A stretch of DNA of 64,000 nucleotides from Eledone cirrhosa (taxonomy: Eukaryota), in NCBI GenBank assembly GCA_964016885.1, contig OZ024748.1, positions 54,498,001 through 54,562,000 of the forward strand. Reading direction: 5' to 3'. The number at the start of each line of letters is the position of its first letter. Positions within the stretch are counted from its first letter, which is position 1. Both the position numbers and the translations under genes were made by a program. Of this stretch, positions 25,947 through 39,354 are shown one piece after another. The notes under the pieces were generated by a model. The model was given only the letters and a program-made list of their open reading frames with translations, did no database searches and was not told the DNA's origin.

Positions 25947-27530
25947 ATCATCATCATCTTCGTTTAACGTCCATTTTCCACGCTAGCATGGGTTAGACGG
26001 GAGTTGTCCCACTTGAGGCAATGATTGGTCGGGTGACCATGTCTCGCTCATATAGGACTATCTGGCAGGTTTTCTACGGTTGGATGCCCTTCCTCACACC
26101 AACAATATTTACAGTGTGGAACTGGGAACTTTTTACCGTGTTACCTACACGACCACATTACAGCGTGGACTGTGTGTGTTTTTTTCTCGTGACACCTACA
26201 CGATCTCGATCTCATTTATTTCATTTATTTGGACTGGATGTTGTGGTACCAACTTTATAGAGAGAGGGTGGTGTTGGTGGGAGTGGGAGGATAGGGTAGG
26301 GGTAGTGGATTGGGGTGTATATTTGGTTAAGAGGTGCCTACTGGCTGTAGCTTTCGCTTTGTACATAGGCAAGGCGGGTCTTCTGTATTACTGCGGAGTG
26401 CCAAAGATCTCGGTCCAGTGACATTGTCTTAGAGAGGTGCAAGTGTGTAAGGTCGGAATTTATCAGATCGTCCCAGGTTTTTCTGGGTCTACCTACTCCG
26501 TAACTACCATCAATTTTGATCGCCCTGCACTTTTTTATACAGCTGTCGTCTTTCATGCGCATCACGTGGCCATACCAACGTAGTCTTCTCTCGAGTAAAC
26601 AGCATCTGATCCCTCTTATTCCTAATTTCTCACTTAGTTCATTTATGCTTTGCCGTTCACGTATATTACTATTACACATCCAACGGAGCATGCATGCTTC
26701 GTTCCTTTCCAGTCTACGCAGGTCCTCTGCACGCAATGCCCATGTCTCACTGCCATGTAGCATTGCTGATCGTATACAAGCATCATACAATCTGCCTTTC
26801 ATTTTTAGAGAGAAACCTTTTGTGGCCAACAGCGGTATAAGCTACTGTACTTTCAGAACACCCTCCACCACTGCTGATTTCGTCACCCAGGTAACAGAAA
26901 GTGTCTACTATTTCTATAGAACCATCTGGGCAATAGAAGGGGCTAGTATCATGTGGACACTTGCTACCTATTGCACCTGAGCATCGGCCACATATAAAGT
27001 CTACGTTCTTAGATAGTTTACCTGTGATCCCTCTACATCTTTTATGTACCCATACTTTGCATTTGGGACATAAAATTGAATTTCTGCCTACTCCTTTCCT
27101 ACACACTGAGCAAGGCCATTTCCCTGAGGGTACCTGTGCCTCATTTTCCTTTCTACAAACTAGGACTTTAGTCTTAGACAAGTTAACTTTAAGACCTTTT
27201 GATTCTAGGCCATGCTTCCATGTTTCGAATTTCTTTTCTAGTTCATCCATTGATTCAGCTATGAGCGTTAGATCATCTGCGTATAGGAGTCCCCATGGGC
27301 AGCCAGTCTTGAACTCATCTGTTATAGCCTGAAGGGCAATAATAAATAGGAGGGGGCTAAGGACAGCCTTGGTGAACACCAACTTTTACACTAAATTCTT
27401 CACAATATTCATTGTTAATTCTAACCTTACTGACTGTTTCATTATACATAGCTTGCATAGCTCTTACAAGCCATTCATCTACACCTAGTTTTCTAAGAGC
27501 CCACCAGATAATGGAGCGGGGGACTCTGAT
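25947..27530 (-). mobile_element. 5'-truncated RTE-clade LINE (RT pseudogene with PHD insertion)
   Basis: RVPRSIIWWALRKLGV..GVHQG..LSPLLF..LYADDL..FCYLG..MLHGSETW..RLRWYGHVMR..GRPRKTW across three ORFs with two frameshifts; 3' end next to (ATC)n. Confidence 0.93.
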
Positions 27531-27911
27531 ACATGTATATCCGTGTATGTGTATATATGCATATAGGTGTATGTATACATATGTGTATATGTATGTGTAT
27601 ATATATATATATTTATACATATATATATAGGTATAGATATATATATGTGTGTATATATATGAATACATTCACTTGCATGTACACAAATCACATATATGTG
27701 CATATATATATATATGCACATATGTGGCAGAAAGCAACACACACACATACACATCACACACACACATGTCCTTTGATAAAATGTCTGCTTAATCATAAGT
27801 GACTAGTCGCTGAAATAATTCTTGCAAGAACCACCTTAACAATAACAGCAACATATATCTTTGATTAGCACGGCATTGCCAGTAGTTGAATATGAATTTC
27901 AGGTTCATTAT

Positions 27912-28097
27912 TTGGTGGATTGGCAGTATCGGTAGAGGCTCGGGCGCCATGCTTTGACGCATAGTTACGGCCCTTGCCATTCTGAGTTCAAATCCCGCCG
28001 AGGTTAACTTTGCCTTTCATCCTTACGGGGTCGATAAAATAAAGTACCAGTAATACACTGGGATAATTGCTGGCCTTGTACCAAAAGTAGAAACAAT
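27912..28097 (+). mobile_element. SINE-A, young copy
   Basis: Near-identical to 19921-20106. Confidence 0.9.
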
Positions 28098-28118
28098 TAT
28101 TTGGTCTAGATTAGAAAT

Positions 28119-28860
28119 GCTGGGGAGAATGTCTCTCGAAGATAGCACCCGAAGACTGCTGGGGAGAATGTCTCTCGAAGATAGCACCCGAAGACTGCTG
28201 GGGAGAATGTCTCTCGAAGATAGCACTCGAAGACTGCTGGGGAGAATGTCTCTCGAAGATAGCACCCGAAGACTGCTGGGGAGAATGTCTCTCGAAGATA
28301 GCACCCGAAGACTGCTGGGGAGAATGTCTCTCGAAGATAGCACTCGAAGACTGTTGGAGAGAATGTCTCTCGAAGATAGCACCCGAAGACTGCTGGGGAG
28401 AATGTCTCTCGAAGATAGCACCCGAAGACTGCTGGGGAGAATGTCTCTCGAAGATAGCACCCGAAGACTGCTGGGGAGAATGTCTCTCGAAGATAGGACC
28501 CGAAGACTGCTGGGGAGAATGTCTCTCGAAGATAGCACCCGAAGACTGTTGGGGAGAATGTCTCTCGAAGATAGCACCCGAAGACTGCTGGGGAGAATGT
28601 CTCTCGAAGATAGCACCCGAAGACTGCAGGGGGAAAGTCTCTCGAAGATAGCACCCGAAGACTGCAGGGGAGAAAGTCTCTCGAAGATAGCACCCGAAGA
28701 TTGCTGGAGAGACTGTTGCTCGATACATTATCGTAGTGTTCTGATACCACCCAAAGACTGATAGAGAAGATGTCCCTCGATACATTATCGTAATACTCTA
28801 ATACGACCCGAAGACTGATAGAGAGAACTTCACTCGAAATATTAATCTAGTGTTCTACCA
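28119..28860. repeat. 39-bp minisatellite (~15 copies) trailing into longer degenerate units
   Basis: gctggggagaatgtctctcgaagatagcacccgaagact. Confidence 0.95.
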
Positions 28861-29044
28861 TATTGAACATCGACGACAATGAATATTAGTTCGAAATAAA
28901 ACTTTGAATTATATTTCTTTTCAAATCTTTCCAGATATAAATTTGCATGGCATTCGTAGAGGCAAGGTCGGCGCTACCATTGCGACAACTCAGCAGTCGC
29001 CTATCACACATATCTCAGGTGTTTTACGGAAAATTAAAGGATCA

Positions 29045-30237
29045 GAGTTTGAACTCAGACCGTAAAGGGACGTAACTATGCTGGAAAGCATGGCGTCCGA
29101 CCCTCTACCGATACTGCCAATGATTTCTGATATAGGCACAAGACCAGCAATTTTATACAAATTTCTATAATTAACTTAAATATATAATTTCCTAAGATCA
29201 ACAGATTAATATCATCAAGGTGTTGGATTAGCAATATCGGTAGAGCGTCAAACAACAAGCCTTGTGGCATAAAGTTGCGTCCCTTTACTTTCTGAGTTCA
29301 AATACCGCAGAGTTTAGCTTTGTCTTTCATCCCTACATGGTCGATAAAATATAGTACCAGTACCGCTCTGGTCGATTTAATCGACTTTCCCCTCCCCCAA
29401 AATTGCTGGTCTTGCGCCAAAAGTAGAAACAATTATTATTATGGTCGGTGGATTGATAGTATCGATAGAGCGTCAGACACCATACTTTGCAGCATAGTTA
29501 TGGCCCTTTACGTTCTGAGTTCAAATCCTTTGCCTTTCATCCTTACATGGTTGATAAAATAAAGTACCAGTAATGCACTGGGATAACTGCGGGCTTTGTT
29601 CCTAAATCCGGAACCATTATCATTAAGGCGGTGACTTAGCAAAAAAAAAAAAAAAAAAGTCGTTAGAGCGTTGGGGAAAATGTGTTGTGGGATTTATTTA
29701 CGGCCCTTTATGCTCTAAGTTCAGATCCACAGAGGTTAACTTTTCCTTTCATCTTTCCGGGGTGGATAAATATAGTACCACTTTGGACTTCTATCAAAGG
29801 TTTGAAACTCGCTATAAAAATGAGGGCATATCTTGGTAGAGACGAACAATCAGAGCAGTTCGTCCTGAATCTATTAATGCTTGGGGATGGAACACTTCCT
29901 GCAGATAGAAGGGAGTTATTGATACAAGGCCCATAGTACCAGTTACGTACTGGTATCGATACAATCGATTTTCCACTCTTCAAGTTGTTGGCTTTGTGCC
30001 AAATGTAGAAACATTTATTACAGGGTGGTAGATTGGAAGTGTCGGTAGAGCGTCGGACAAATTGCATTGCGACGTATATTTACGGTTCTTTACGTTCTCA
30101 GTTCAAATCCTGTCGCGGTTAGGTTTACATGTCTTTACGAGGTCGATAAAATAAAGTACCAGTAATGCATTGGGTTCGATTTGGTCGACTTCCCCTTCCC
30201 TTCAAATTACTGGCCTTGCGCTAAATATAGAAACAAT
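29045..30237 (+). mobile_element. Cluster of ~6 SINE-A copies (first on -, the rest + head to tail)
   Basis: Repeated ggattgg..tcggtagagcgtc..gttcaaat..taaagtaccag..agaaac. Confidence 0.8.
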
Positions 30238-30496
30238 TATTATTTTTGGTATTAGGATCTATTTTGATCTATTTTTCTGTTTTTTTTTATGAACGTGTAT
30301 ACTTAATAGCGTCCCCCACACAAATACACAACCAATTTGAGGGCAAATCACCTCATTCCCCATATTATCAATTTGATATGCAAATAGCTAATTTAACGTT
30401 TCACCAATCATGCATTGCCATGAAAAAGAGAAGGGTGAGACCGTCTTTTCACAAGAATAAAGAAGCTGTTACCCCCGCACATGTCTATAGCAGTTA

Positions 30497-31025
30497 CTCT
30501 CTATCTCTCTCTCTCACTCTCTCTCTCTCTCTCTCTCACTCTCACTCTCTCTCTCTCTCTCTCTCACTCTCTCTCTCACTCTCTCTCTCACTCTCTCTCT
30601 CACTCTCACTCTCTCTCTCACTCTCTCTCTCACTCTCTCTCTCACTCTCTCTCTCACTCTCTCTCTCTCACTCTCTCTCACTCTCTCTCACTCTCTCTTT
30701 CACTCTCTCTCTCACTCTCTCTTTCACTCTCTCTCTCTCTCTCTTTCACTCACTCACTCACTCTCTCTCTCACTCACTCACTCTCTCTCACTCACTCTCT
30801 CTCTCTCTCTTTCACTCGCTCACTCTCTCACTCTCTCTCTCTCTCTCACTCACTCTCTCTCTCTCTCTCACTCACTCTCTCTCTCTCTCTCTTTCACTCA
30901 CTCTCTCTCTCTCTTTCACTCACTCTCTCTCTCTCTTTCACTCACTCCTCTCTCTCTCTCACTCACTCACTCTCTCTCTTTCACTCACTCACTCTCTCTC
31001 TCTTTCACTCACTTCACTCACTCTC
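30497..31025. repeat. (CT)n/(CTCA)n microsatellite
   Basis: Read directly. Confidence 0.97.
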
Positions 31026-31225
31026 NNNNNNNNNNNNNNNNNNNNNNNNNNNNNNNNNNNNNNNNNNNNNNNNNNNNNNNNNNNNNNNNNNNNNNNNNNN
31101 NNNNNNNNNNNNNNNNNNNNNNNNNNNNNNNNNNNNNNNNNNNNNNNNNNNNNNNNNNNNNNNNNNNNNNNNNNNNNNNNNNNNNNNNNNNNNNNNNNNN
31201 NNNNNNNNNNNNNNNNNNNNNNNNN
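31026..31225. other. Assembly gap (200 N)
   Basis: Run of N. Confidence 1.
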
Positions 31226-34200
31226 GATGGGGTGAAGGGTTAGTGGGTATTCGATACAGTTGATGGGGGGTGACGGGTTAGTGGGTTTGATACAGTTGAT
31301 GGGGGTGACGGGTTAGTGGGTTTGATACTGTTGATGGGGGTGACGGGTAAGTGGGTTTGATCTGTTGATGGGGGTGACGGGTTAGTGGGTTTGATACAGT
31401 TGATGGGGGTGACGGGTTAGTGGGTTTGATACAGTTGATGGGGGTGACGGGTTAGTGGGTTTGATACAGTTGATGGGGGTGACGGGTTAGTGGGTTTGAT
31501 ACTGTTGATGGGGGTGAAGGGTTAGTGGGTTTGATACAGTTGATGGGGGTGACGGGTTAGTGGGTTTGATACAGTTGATGGGGGGTGACGGGTTAGTGGG
31601 TTTGATACTGTTGATGGGGGTGACGGGTTAGTGGGTTTGATACAGTTGATGGGGGTGACGGGTTAGTGGGTTTGATACAGTTGATGGGGGTGACGGGTTA
31701 GTGGGTTTGATACAGTTGATGGGGGTGACGGGTTAGTGGGTTTGATACTGTTGATGGGGGTGACGGGTTAGTGGGTTTGATACAGTTGATGGGGGTGACG
31801 GGTTAGTGGGTTTGATACAGTTGATGGGGGTGACGGGTTAGTGGGTTTGATACAGTTGATGGGGGTGACGGGTTAGTGGGTTTGATACTGTTGATGGGGG
31901 TGACGGGTTAGTGGTTTGATACAGTTGATGGGGGTGACGGGTTAGTGGGTTTGATACAGTTGATGGGGGTGACGGGTTAGTGGGTTTGATACTGTTGATG
32001 GGGGTGACGGGTTAGTGGGTTTGATACTGTTGATGGGGGTGACGGGTTAGTGGGTTTGATACAGTTGATGGGGGTGACGGGTTAGTGGGTTTGATACAGT
32101 TGATGGGGGTGACGGGTTAGTGGGTTTGATACAGTTGATGGGGGTGACGGGTTAGTGGGTTTGATACTGTTGATGGGGGTGACGGGTTAGTGGGTTTGAT
32201 ACTGTTGATGGGGGTGACGGGTTAGTGGGTTTGATACTGTTGATGGGGGTGACGGGTTAGTGGGTTTGATACAGTTGATGGGGGTGACGGGTTAGTGGGT
32301 TTGATACTGTTGATGGGGGTGACGGGTTAGTGGGTTTGATACAGTTGATGGGGGTGACGGGTTAGTGGGTTTGATACAGTTGATGGGGGTGACGGGTTAG
32401 TGGGTTTGATACTGTTGATGGGGGTGACGGGTTAGTGGGTTTGATACTGTTGATGGGGGTGACGGGTTAGTGGGTTTGATACAGTTGATGGGGGTGACGG
32501 GTTAGTGGGTTTGATACAGTTGATGGGGGTGACGGGTTAGTGGGTTTGATACAGTTGATGGGGGTGACGGGTTAGTGGGTTTGATACTGTTGATGGGGGT
32601 GACGGTTAGTGGGTTTGATACAGTTGATGGGGGTGACGGGTTAGTGGGTTTGATACAGTTGATGGGGGTGACGGGTTAGTGGGTTTGATACTGTTGATGG
32701 GGGTGACGGGTTAGTGGGTTTGATACAGTTGATGGGGGTGACGGGTTAGTGGGTTTGATACAGTTGATGGGGTGACGGGTTAGTGGGTTTGATACTGTTG
32801 ATGGGGGTGACGGGTTAGTGGGTTTGATACTGTTGATGGGGGTGACGGGTTAGTGGGTTTGATACTGTTGATGGGGGTGACGGGTTAGTGGGTTTGATAC
32901 AGTTGATGGGGGTGACGGGTTAGTGGGTTTGATACAGTTGATGGGGGTGACGGGTTAGTGGGTTTGATACAGTTGATGGGGGTGACGGGTTAGTGGGTTT
33001 GATACTGTTGATGGGGGTGAAGGGTTAGTGGGTTTGATACAGTTGATGGGGGTGACGGGTTAGTGGGTTTGATACAGTTGATGGGGGTGACGGGTTAGTG
33101 GGTTTGATACTGTTGATGGGGGTGACGGGTTAGTGGGTTTGATACAGTTGATGGGGGTGACGGGTTAGTGGGTTTGATACAGTTGATGGGGGTGACGGGT
33201 TAGTGGGTTTGATACAGTTGATGGGGGTGACGGGTTAGTGGGTTTGATACTGTTGATGGGGGTGAAGGGTTAGTGGGTTTGATACAGTTGATGGGGGTGA
33301 CGGGTTAGTGGGTTTGATACAGTTGATGGGGGTGACGGGTTAGTGGGTTTGATACAGTTGATGGGGGTGACGGGTTAGTGGGTTTGATACTGTTGATGGG
33401 GGTGAAGGGTTAGTGGGTTTGATACAGTTGATGGGGGTGACGGGTTAGTGGGTTTGATACAGTTGATGGGGGTGACGGGTTAGTGGGTTTGATACTGTTG
33501 ATGGGGGTGACGGGTTAGTGGGTTTGATACTGTTGATGGGGGTGAAGGGTTAGTGGGTTTGATACAGTTGATGGGGGTGACGGGTTAGTGGGTTTGATAC
33601 TGTTGATGGGGGTGACGGGTTAGTGGGTTTGATACAGTTGATGGGGGTGACGGGTTAGTGGGTTTGATACTGTTGATGGGGGTGACGGGTTAGTGGGTTT
33701 GATACAGTTGATGGGGGTGACGGGTTAGTGGGTTTGATACAGTTGATGGGGGTGACGGGTTAGTGGGTTTGATACTGTTGATGGGGGTGACGGGTTAGTG
33801 GGTTTGATACTGTTGATGGGGGTGAAGGGTTAGTGGGTTTGATACTGTTGATGGGGGTGACGGTTAGTGGGTTTGATACTGTTGATGGGGGTGACGGGTT
33901 AGTGGGTTTGATACAGTTGATGGGGGTGAAGGGTTAGTGGGTTTGATACAGTTGATGGGGGTGACGGGTTAGTGGGTTTGATACAGTTGATGGGGGTGAC
34001 GGGTTAGTGGGTTTGATACTGTTGATGGGGGTGACGGGTTAGTGGGTTTGATACAGTTGATGGGGGTGACGGGTTAGTGGGTTTGATACAGTTGATGGGG
34101 GTGACGGGTTAGTGGGTTTGATACTGTTGATGGGGGTGACGGGTTAGTGGGTTTGATACTGTTGATGGGGGTGAAGGGTTAGTGGGTTTGATACTGTTGA

Positions 34201-37200
34201 TGGGGGTGAAGGGTTAGTGGGTTTGATACTGTTGATGGGGGTGAAGGGTTAGTGGGTTTGATACTGTTGATGGGGGTGACGGGTTAGTGGGTTTGATACT
34301 GTTGATGGGGGTGACGGGTTAGTGGGTTTGATACTGTTGATGGGGGTGACGGGTTAGTGGGTTTGATACTGTTGATGGGGGTGAAGGGTTAGTGGGTTTG
34401 ATACAGTTGATGGGGGTGACGGGTTAGTGGGTTTGATACAGTTGATGGGGGTGACGGGTTAGTGGGTTTGATACTGTTGATGGGGGTGAAGGGTTAGTGG
34501 GTTTGATACTGTTGATGGGGGTGACGGGTTAGTGGGTTTGATACAGTTGATGGGGGTGACGGGTTAGTGGGTTTGATACTGTTGATGGGGGTGACGGGTT
34601 AGTGGGTTTGATACTGTTGATGGGGGTGAAGGGTTAGTGGGTTTGATACTGTTGATGGGGGTGACGGGTTAGTGGGTTTGATACTGTTGATGGGGGTGAC
34701 GGGTTAGTGGGTTTGATACTGTTGATGGGGGTGACGGGTTAGTGGGTTTGATCCTGTTGATGGGGGTGACGGGTTAGTGGGTTTGATACAGTTGATGGGG
34801 GTGAAGGGTTAGTGGGTTTGATACTGTTGATGGGGGTGAAGGGTTAGTGGGTTGATACTGTTGATGGGGGTGACGGGTTAGTGGGTTTGATACAGTTGAT
34901 GGGGGTGACGGGTTAGTGGGTTTGATACTGTTGATGGGGGTGACGGGTTAGTGGGTTTGATACTGTTGATGGGGGTGAAGGGTTAGTGGGTTTGATACTG
35001 TTGATGGGGGTGAAGGGTTAGTGGGTTTGATACTGTTGATGGGGGTGAAGGGTTAGTGGGTTTGATACTGTTGATGGGGGTGACGGGTTAGTGGGTTTGA
35101 TACTGTTGATGGGGGTGACGGGTTAGTGGGTTTGATACTGTTGATGGGGGTGACGGGTTAGTGGGTTTGATACTGTTGATGGGGGTGAAGGGTTAGTGGG
35201 TTTGATACTGTTGATGGGGGTGACGGGTTAGTGGGTTTGATACAGTTGATGGGGGTGACGGGTTAGTGGGTTTGATACTGTTGATGGGGGTGACGGGTTA
35301 GTGGGTTTGATACTGTTGATGGGGGTGAAGGGTTAGTGGGTTTGATACTGTTGATGGGGGTGAAGGGTTAGTGGGTTTGATACTGTTGATGGGGGTGAAG
35401 GGTTAGTGGGTTTGATACTGTTGATGGGGGTGACGGGTTAGTGGGTTTGATACTGTTGATGGGGGTGACGGGTTAGTGGGTTTGATACAGTTGATGGGGG
35501 TGACGGGTTAGTGGGTTTGATACTGTTGATGGGGGTGACGGGTTAGTGGGTTTGATACTGTTGATGGGGGTGAAGGGTTAGTGGGTTTGATACTGTTGAT
35601 GGGGGTGACGGGTTAGTGGGTTTGATACTGTTGATGGGGGTGACGGGTTAGTGGGTTTGATACTGTTGATGGGGGTGACGGGTTAGTGGGTTTGATACTG
35701 TTGATGGGGGTGAAGGGTTAGTGGGTTTGATACTGTTGATGGGGGTGAAGGGTTAGTGGGTTTGATACTGTTGATGGGGTGACGGGTTAGTGGGTTTGAT
35801 ACTGTTGATGGGGGTGAAGGGTTAGTGGGTTTGATACAGTTGATGGGGGTGACGGGTTAGTGGGTTTGATACTGTTGATGGGGTGAAGGGTTAGTGGGTT
35901 TGATACTGTTGATGGGGGTGAAGGGTTAGTGGGTTTGATACTGTTGATGGGGGTGACGGGTTAGTGGGTTTGATACTGTTGATGGGGGTGACGGGTTAGT
36001 GGGTTTGATACTGTTGATGGGGGTGACGGGTTAGTGGGTTTGATACTGTTGATGGGGGTGACGGGTTAGTGGGTTTGATACTGTTGATGGGGGTGACGGG
36101 TTAGTGGGTTTGATACTGTTGATGGGGGTGACGGGTTAGTGGGTTTGATACTGTTGATGGGGGTGACGGGTTAGTGGGTTTGATACAGTTGATGGGGGTG
36201 ACGGGTTAGTGGGTTTGATACAGTTGATGGGGGTGACGGGTTAGTGGGTTTGATACAGTTGATGGGGGTGACGGGTTAGTGGGTTTGATACTGTTGATGG
36301 GGGTGACGGGTTAGTGGGTTTGATACTGTTGATGGGGGTGACGGGTTAGTGGGTTTGATACTGTTGATGGGGGTGACGGGTTAGTGGGTTTGATACAGTT
36401 GATGGGGGTGACGGGTTAGTGGGTTTGATACTGTTGATGGGGGTGACGGGTTAGTGGGTTTGATACTGTTGATGGGGGTGACGGGTTAGTGGGTTTGATA
36501 CTGTTGATGGGGGTGACGGGTTAGTGGGTTTGATACTGTTGATGGGGGTGAAGGGTTAGTGGGTTTGATACTGTTGATGGGGGTGAAGGGTTAGTGGGTT
36601 TGATACAGTTGATGGGGGTGACGGGTTAGTGGGTTTGATACTGTTGATGGGGGTGACGGGTTAGTGGGTTTGATACTGTTGATGGGGGTGACGGGTTAGT
36701 GGGTTTGATACTGTTGATGGGGGTGACGGGTTAGTGGGTTTGATACTGTTGATGGGGGTGACGGGTTAGTGGGTTTGATACTGTTGATGGGGGTGACGGG
36801 TAGTGGGTTGATACTGTTGATGGGGGTGACGGGTTAGTGGGTTTGATACTGTTGATGGGGGTGACGGGTTAGTGGGTTTGATACTGTTGATGGGGGTGAC
36901 GGGTTAGTGGGTTTGATACTGTTGATGGGGGTGACGGGTTAGTGGGTTTGATACAGTTGATGGGGTGACGGGTTAGTGGGTTTGATACAGTTGATGGGGG
37001 TGACGGGTTAGTGGGTTTGATACAGTTGATGGGGGTGACGGGTTAGTGGGTTTGATACTGTTGATGGGGGTGACGGGTTAGTGGTTTTGATACTGTTGAT
37101 GGGGGTGACGGGTTAGTGGGTTTGATACTGTTGATGGGGGTGACGGGTTAGTGGGTTTGATACAGTTGATGGGGGTGACGGGTTAGTGGGTTTGATACTG

Positions 37201-39354
37201 TTGATGGGGGTGACGGGTTAGTGGGTTTGATACTGTTGATGGGGGTGACGGGTTAGTGGGTTTGATACAGTTGATGGGGGTGACGGGTTAGTGGGTTTGA
37301 TACTGTTGATGGGGGTGACGGGTTAGTGGGTTTGATACAGTTGATGGGGGTGACGGGTTAGTGGGTTTGATACTGTTGATGGGGGTGACGGGTTAGTGGG
37401 TTTGATACAGTTGATGGGGGTGACGGGTTAGTGGGTTTGATACAGTTGATGGGGGTGACGGGTTAGTGGTTTGATACTGTTGATGGGGGTGACGGGTTAG
37501 TGGGTTTGATACTGTTGATGGGGGTGACGGGTTAGTGGGTTTGATACTGTTGATGGGGGTGACGGGTTAGTGGGTTTGATACAGTTGATGGGGGTGACGG
37601 GTTAGTGGGTTTGATACAGTTGATGGGGGTGACGGGTTAGTGGGTTTGATACAGTTGATGGGGGTGACGGGTTAGTGGGTTTGATACGGTTGATGGGGGT
37701 GACGGGTTAGTGGGTTTGATACTGTTGATGGGGGTGACGGGTTAGTGGGTTTGATACTGTTGATGGGGGTGACGGGTTAGTGGGTTTGATACAGTTGATG
37801 GGGGTGACGGGTTAGTGGGTTTGATACAGTTGATGGGGGTGACGGGTTAGTGGGTTTGATACTGTTGATGGGGTGACGGGTTAGTGGGTTTGATACTGTT
37901 GATGGGGGTGACGGGTTAGTGGGTTTGATACTGTTGATGGGGGTGACGGGTTAGTGGGTTTGATACTGTTGATGGGGGTGACGGGTTAGTGGGTTTGATA
38001 CTGTTGATGGGGGTGACGGGTTAGTGGGTTTGATACTGTTGATGGGGGTGACGGGTTAGTGGGTTTGATACTGTTGATGGGGGTGACGGGTTAGTGGGTT
38101 TGATACAGTTGATGGGGGTGACGGGTTAGTGGGTTTGATACAGTTGATGGGGGTGACGGGTTAGTGGGTTTGATACTGTTGATGGGGGTGACGGGTTAGT
38201 GGGTTTGATACTGTTGATGGGGGTGACGGGTTAGTGGGTTTGATACTGTTGATGGGTGTGACGGGTTAGTGGGTTTGATACTGTTGATGGGGGTGACGGG
38301 TTAGTGGGTTTGATACTGTTGATGGGGGTGACGGGTTAGTGGGTTTGATACTGTTGATGGGGGTGACGGGTTAGTGGGTTTGATACTGTTGATGGGGGTG
38401 ACGGGTTAGTGGGTTTGTTACTGTTGATGGGGGTGACGGGTTAGTGGGTTTGATACAGTTGATGGGGGTGACGGGTTAGTGGGTTTGATACTGTTGATGG
38501 GGGTGACGGGTTAGTGGGTTTGATACAGTTGATGGGGGTGACGGGTTAGTGGGTTTGATACTGTTGATGGGGGTGACGGGTTAGTGGGTTTGATACTGTT
38601 GATGGGGGTGACGGGTTAGTGGGTTTGATACTGTTGATGGGGGTGACGGGTTAGTGGGTTTGATACTGTTGATGGGGGTGACGGGTTAGTGGGTTTGATA
38701 CTGTTGATGGGGGTGACGGGTTAGTGGGTTTGATACTGTTGATGGGGGTGACGGGTTAGTGGGTTTGATACTGTTGATGGGGGTGACGGGTTAGTGGGTT
38801 TGATACTGTTGATGGGGGTGACGGGTTAGTGGGTTTGATACAGTTGATGGGGGTGACGGGTTAGTGGGTTTGATACTGTTGATGGGGGTGACGGGTTAGT
38901 GGGTTTGATACAGTTGATGGGGGTGACGGGTTAGTGGGTTTGATACTGTTGATGGGGGTGACGGGTTAGTGGGTTTGATACTGTTGATGGGGGTGACGGG
39001 TTAGTGGGTTTGATACAGTTGATGGGGGTGACGGGTTAGTGGGTTTGATACTGTTGATGGGGGTGACGGGTTAGGGGGTTTGATACAGTTGATGGGGGTG
39101 ACGGGTTAGTGGGTTTGATACAGTTGATGGGGGTGACGGGTTAGTGGGTTTGATACTGTTGATGGGGGTGACGGGTTAGTGGGTTTGATACTGTTGATGG
39201 GGGTGACGGGTTAGTGGGTTTGATACTGTTGATGGGGGTGACGGGTTAGTGGGTTTGATACAGTTGATGGGGGTGACGGGTTAGTGGGTTTGATACTGTT
39301 GATGGGGGTGACGGGTTAGTGGGTTTGATACTGTTGATGGGGGTGACGGGTTAG
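31226..39354. repeat. 35-bp G-rich satellite (gatgggggtga[c/a]gggttagtgggtttgatac[a/t]gtt), ~230 copies
   Basis: Read directly; very homogeneous. Confidence 0.99.

Noticed and set aside
28023-28785. Repeat-protein ORFs on both strands
   Set aside because: Product of a 39-bp unit (a multiple of 3) that lacks stop codons
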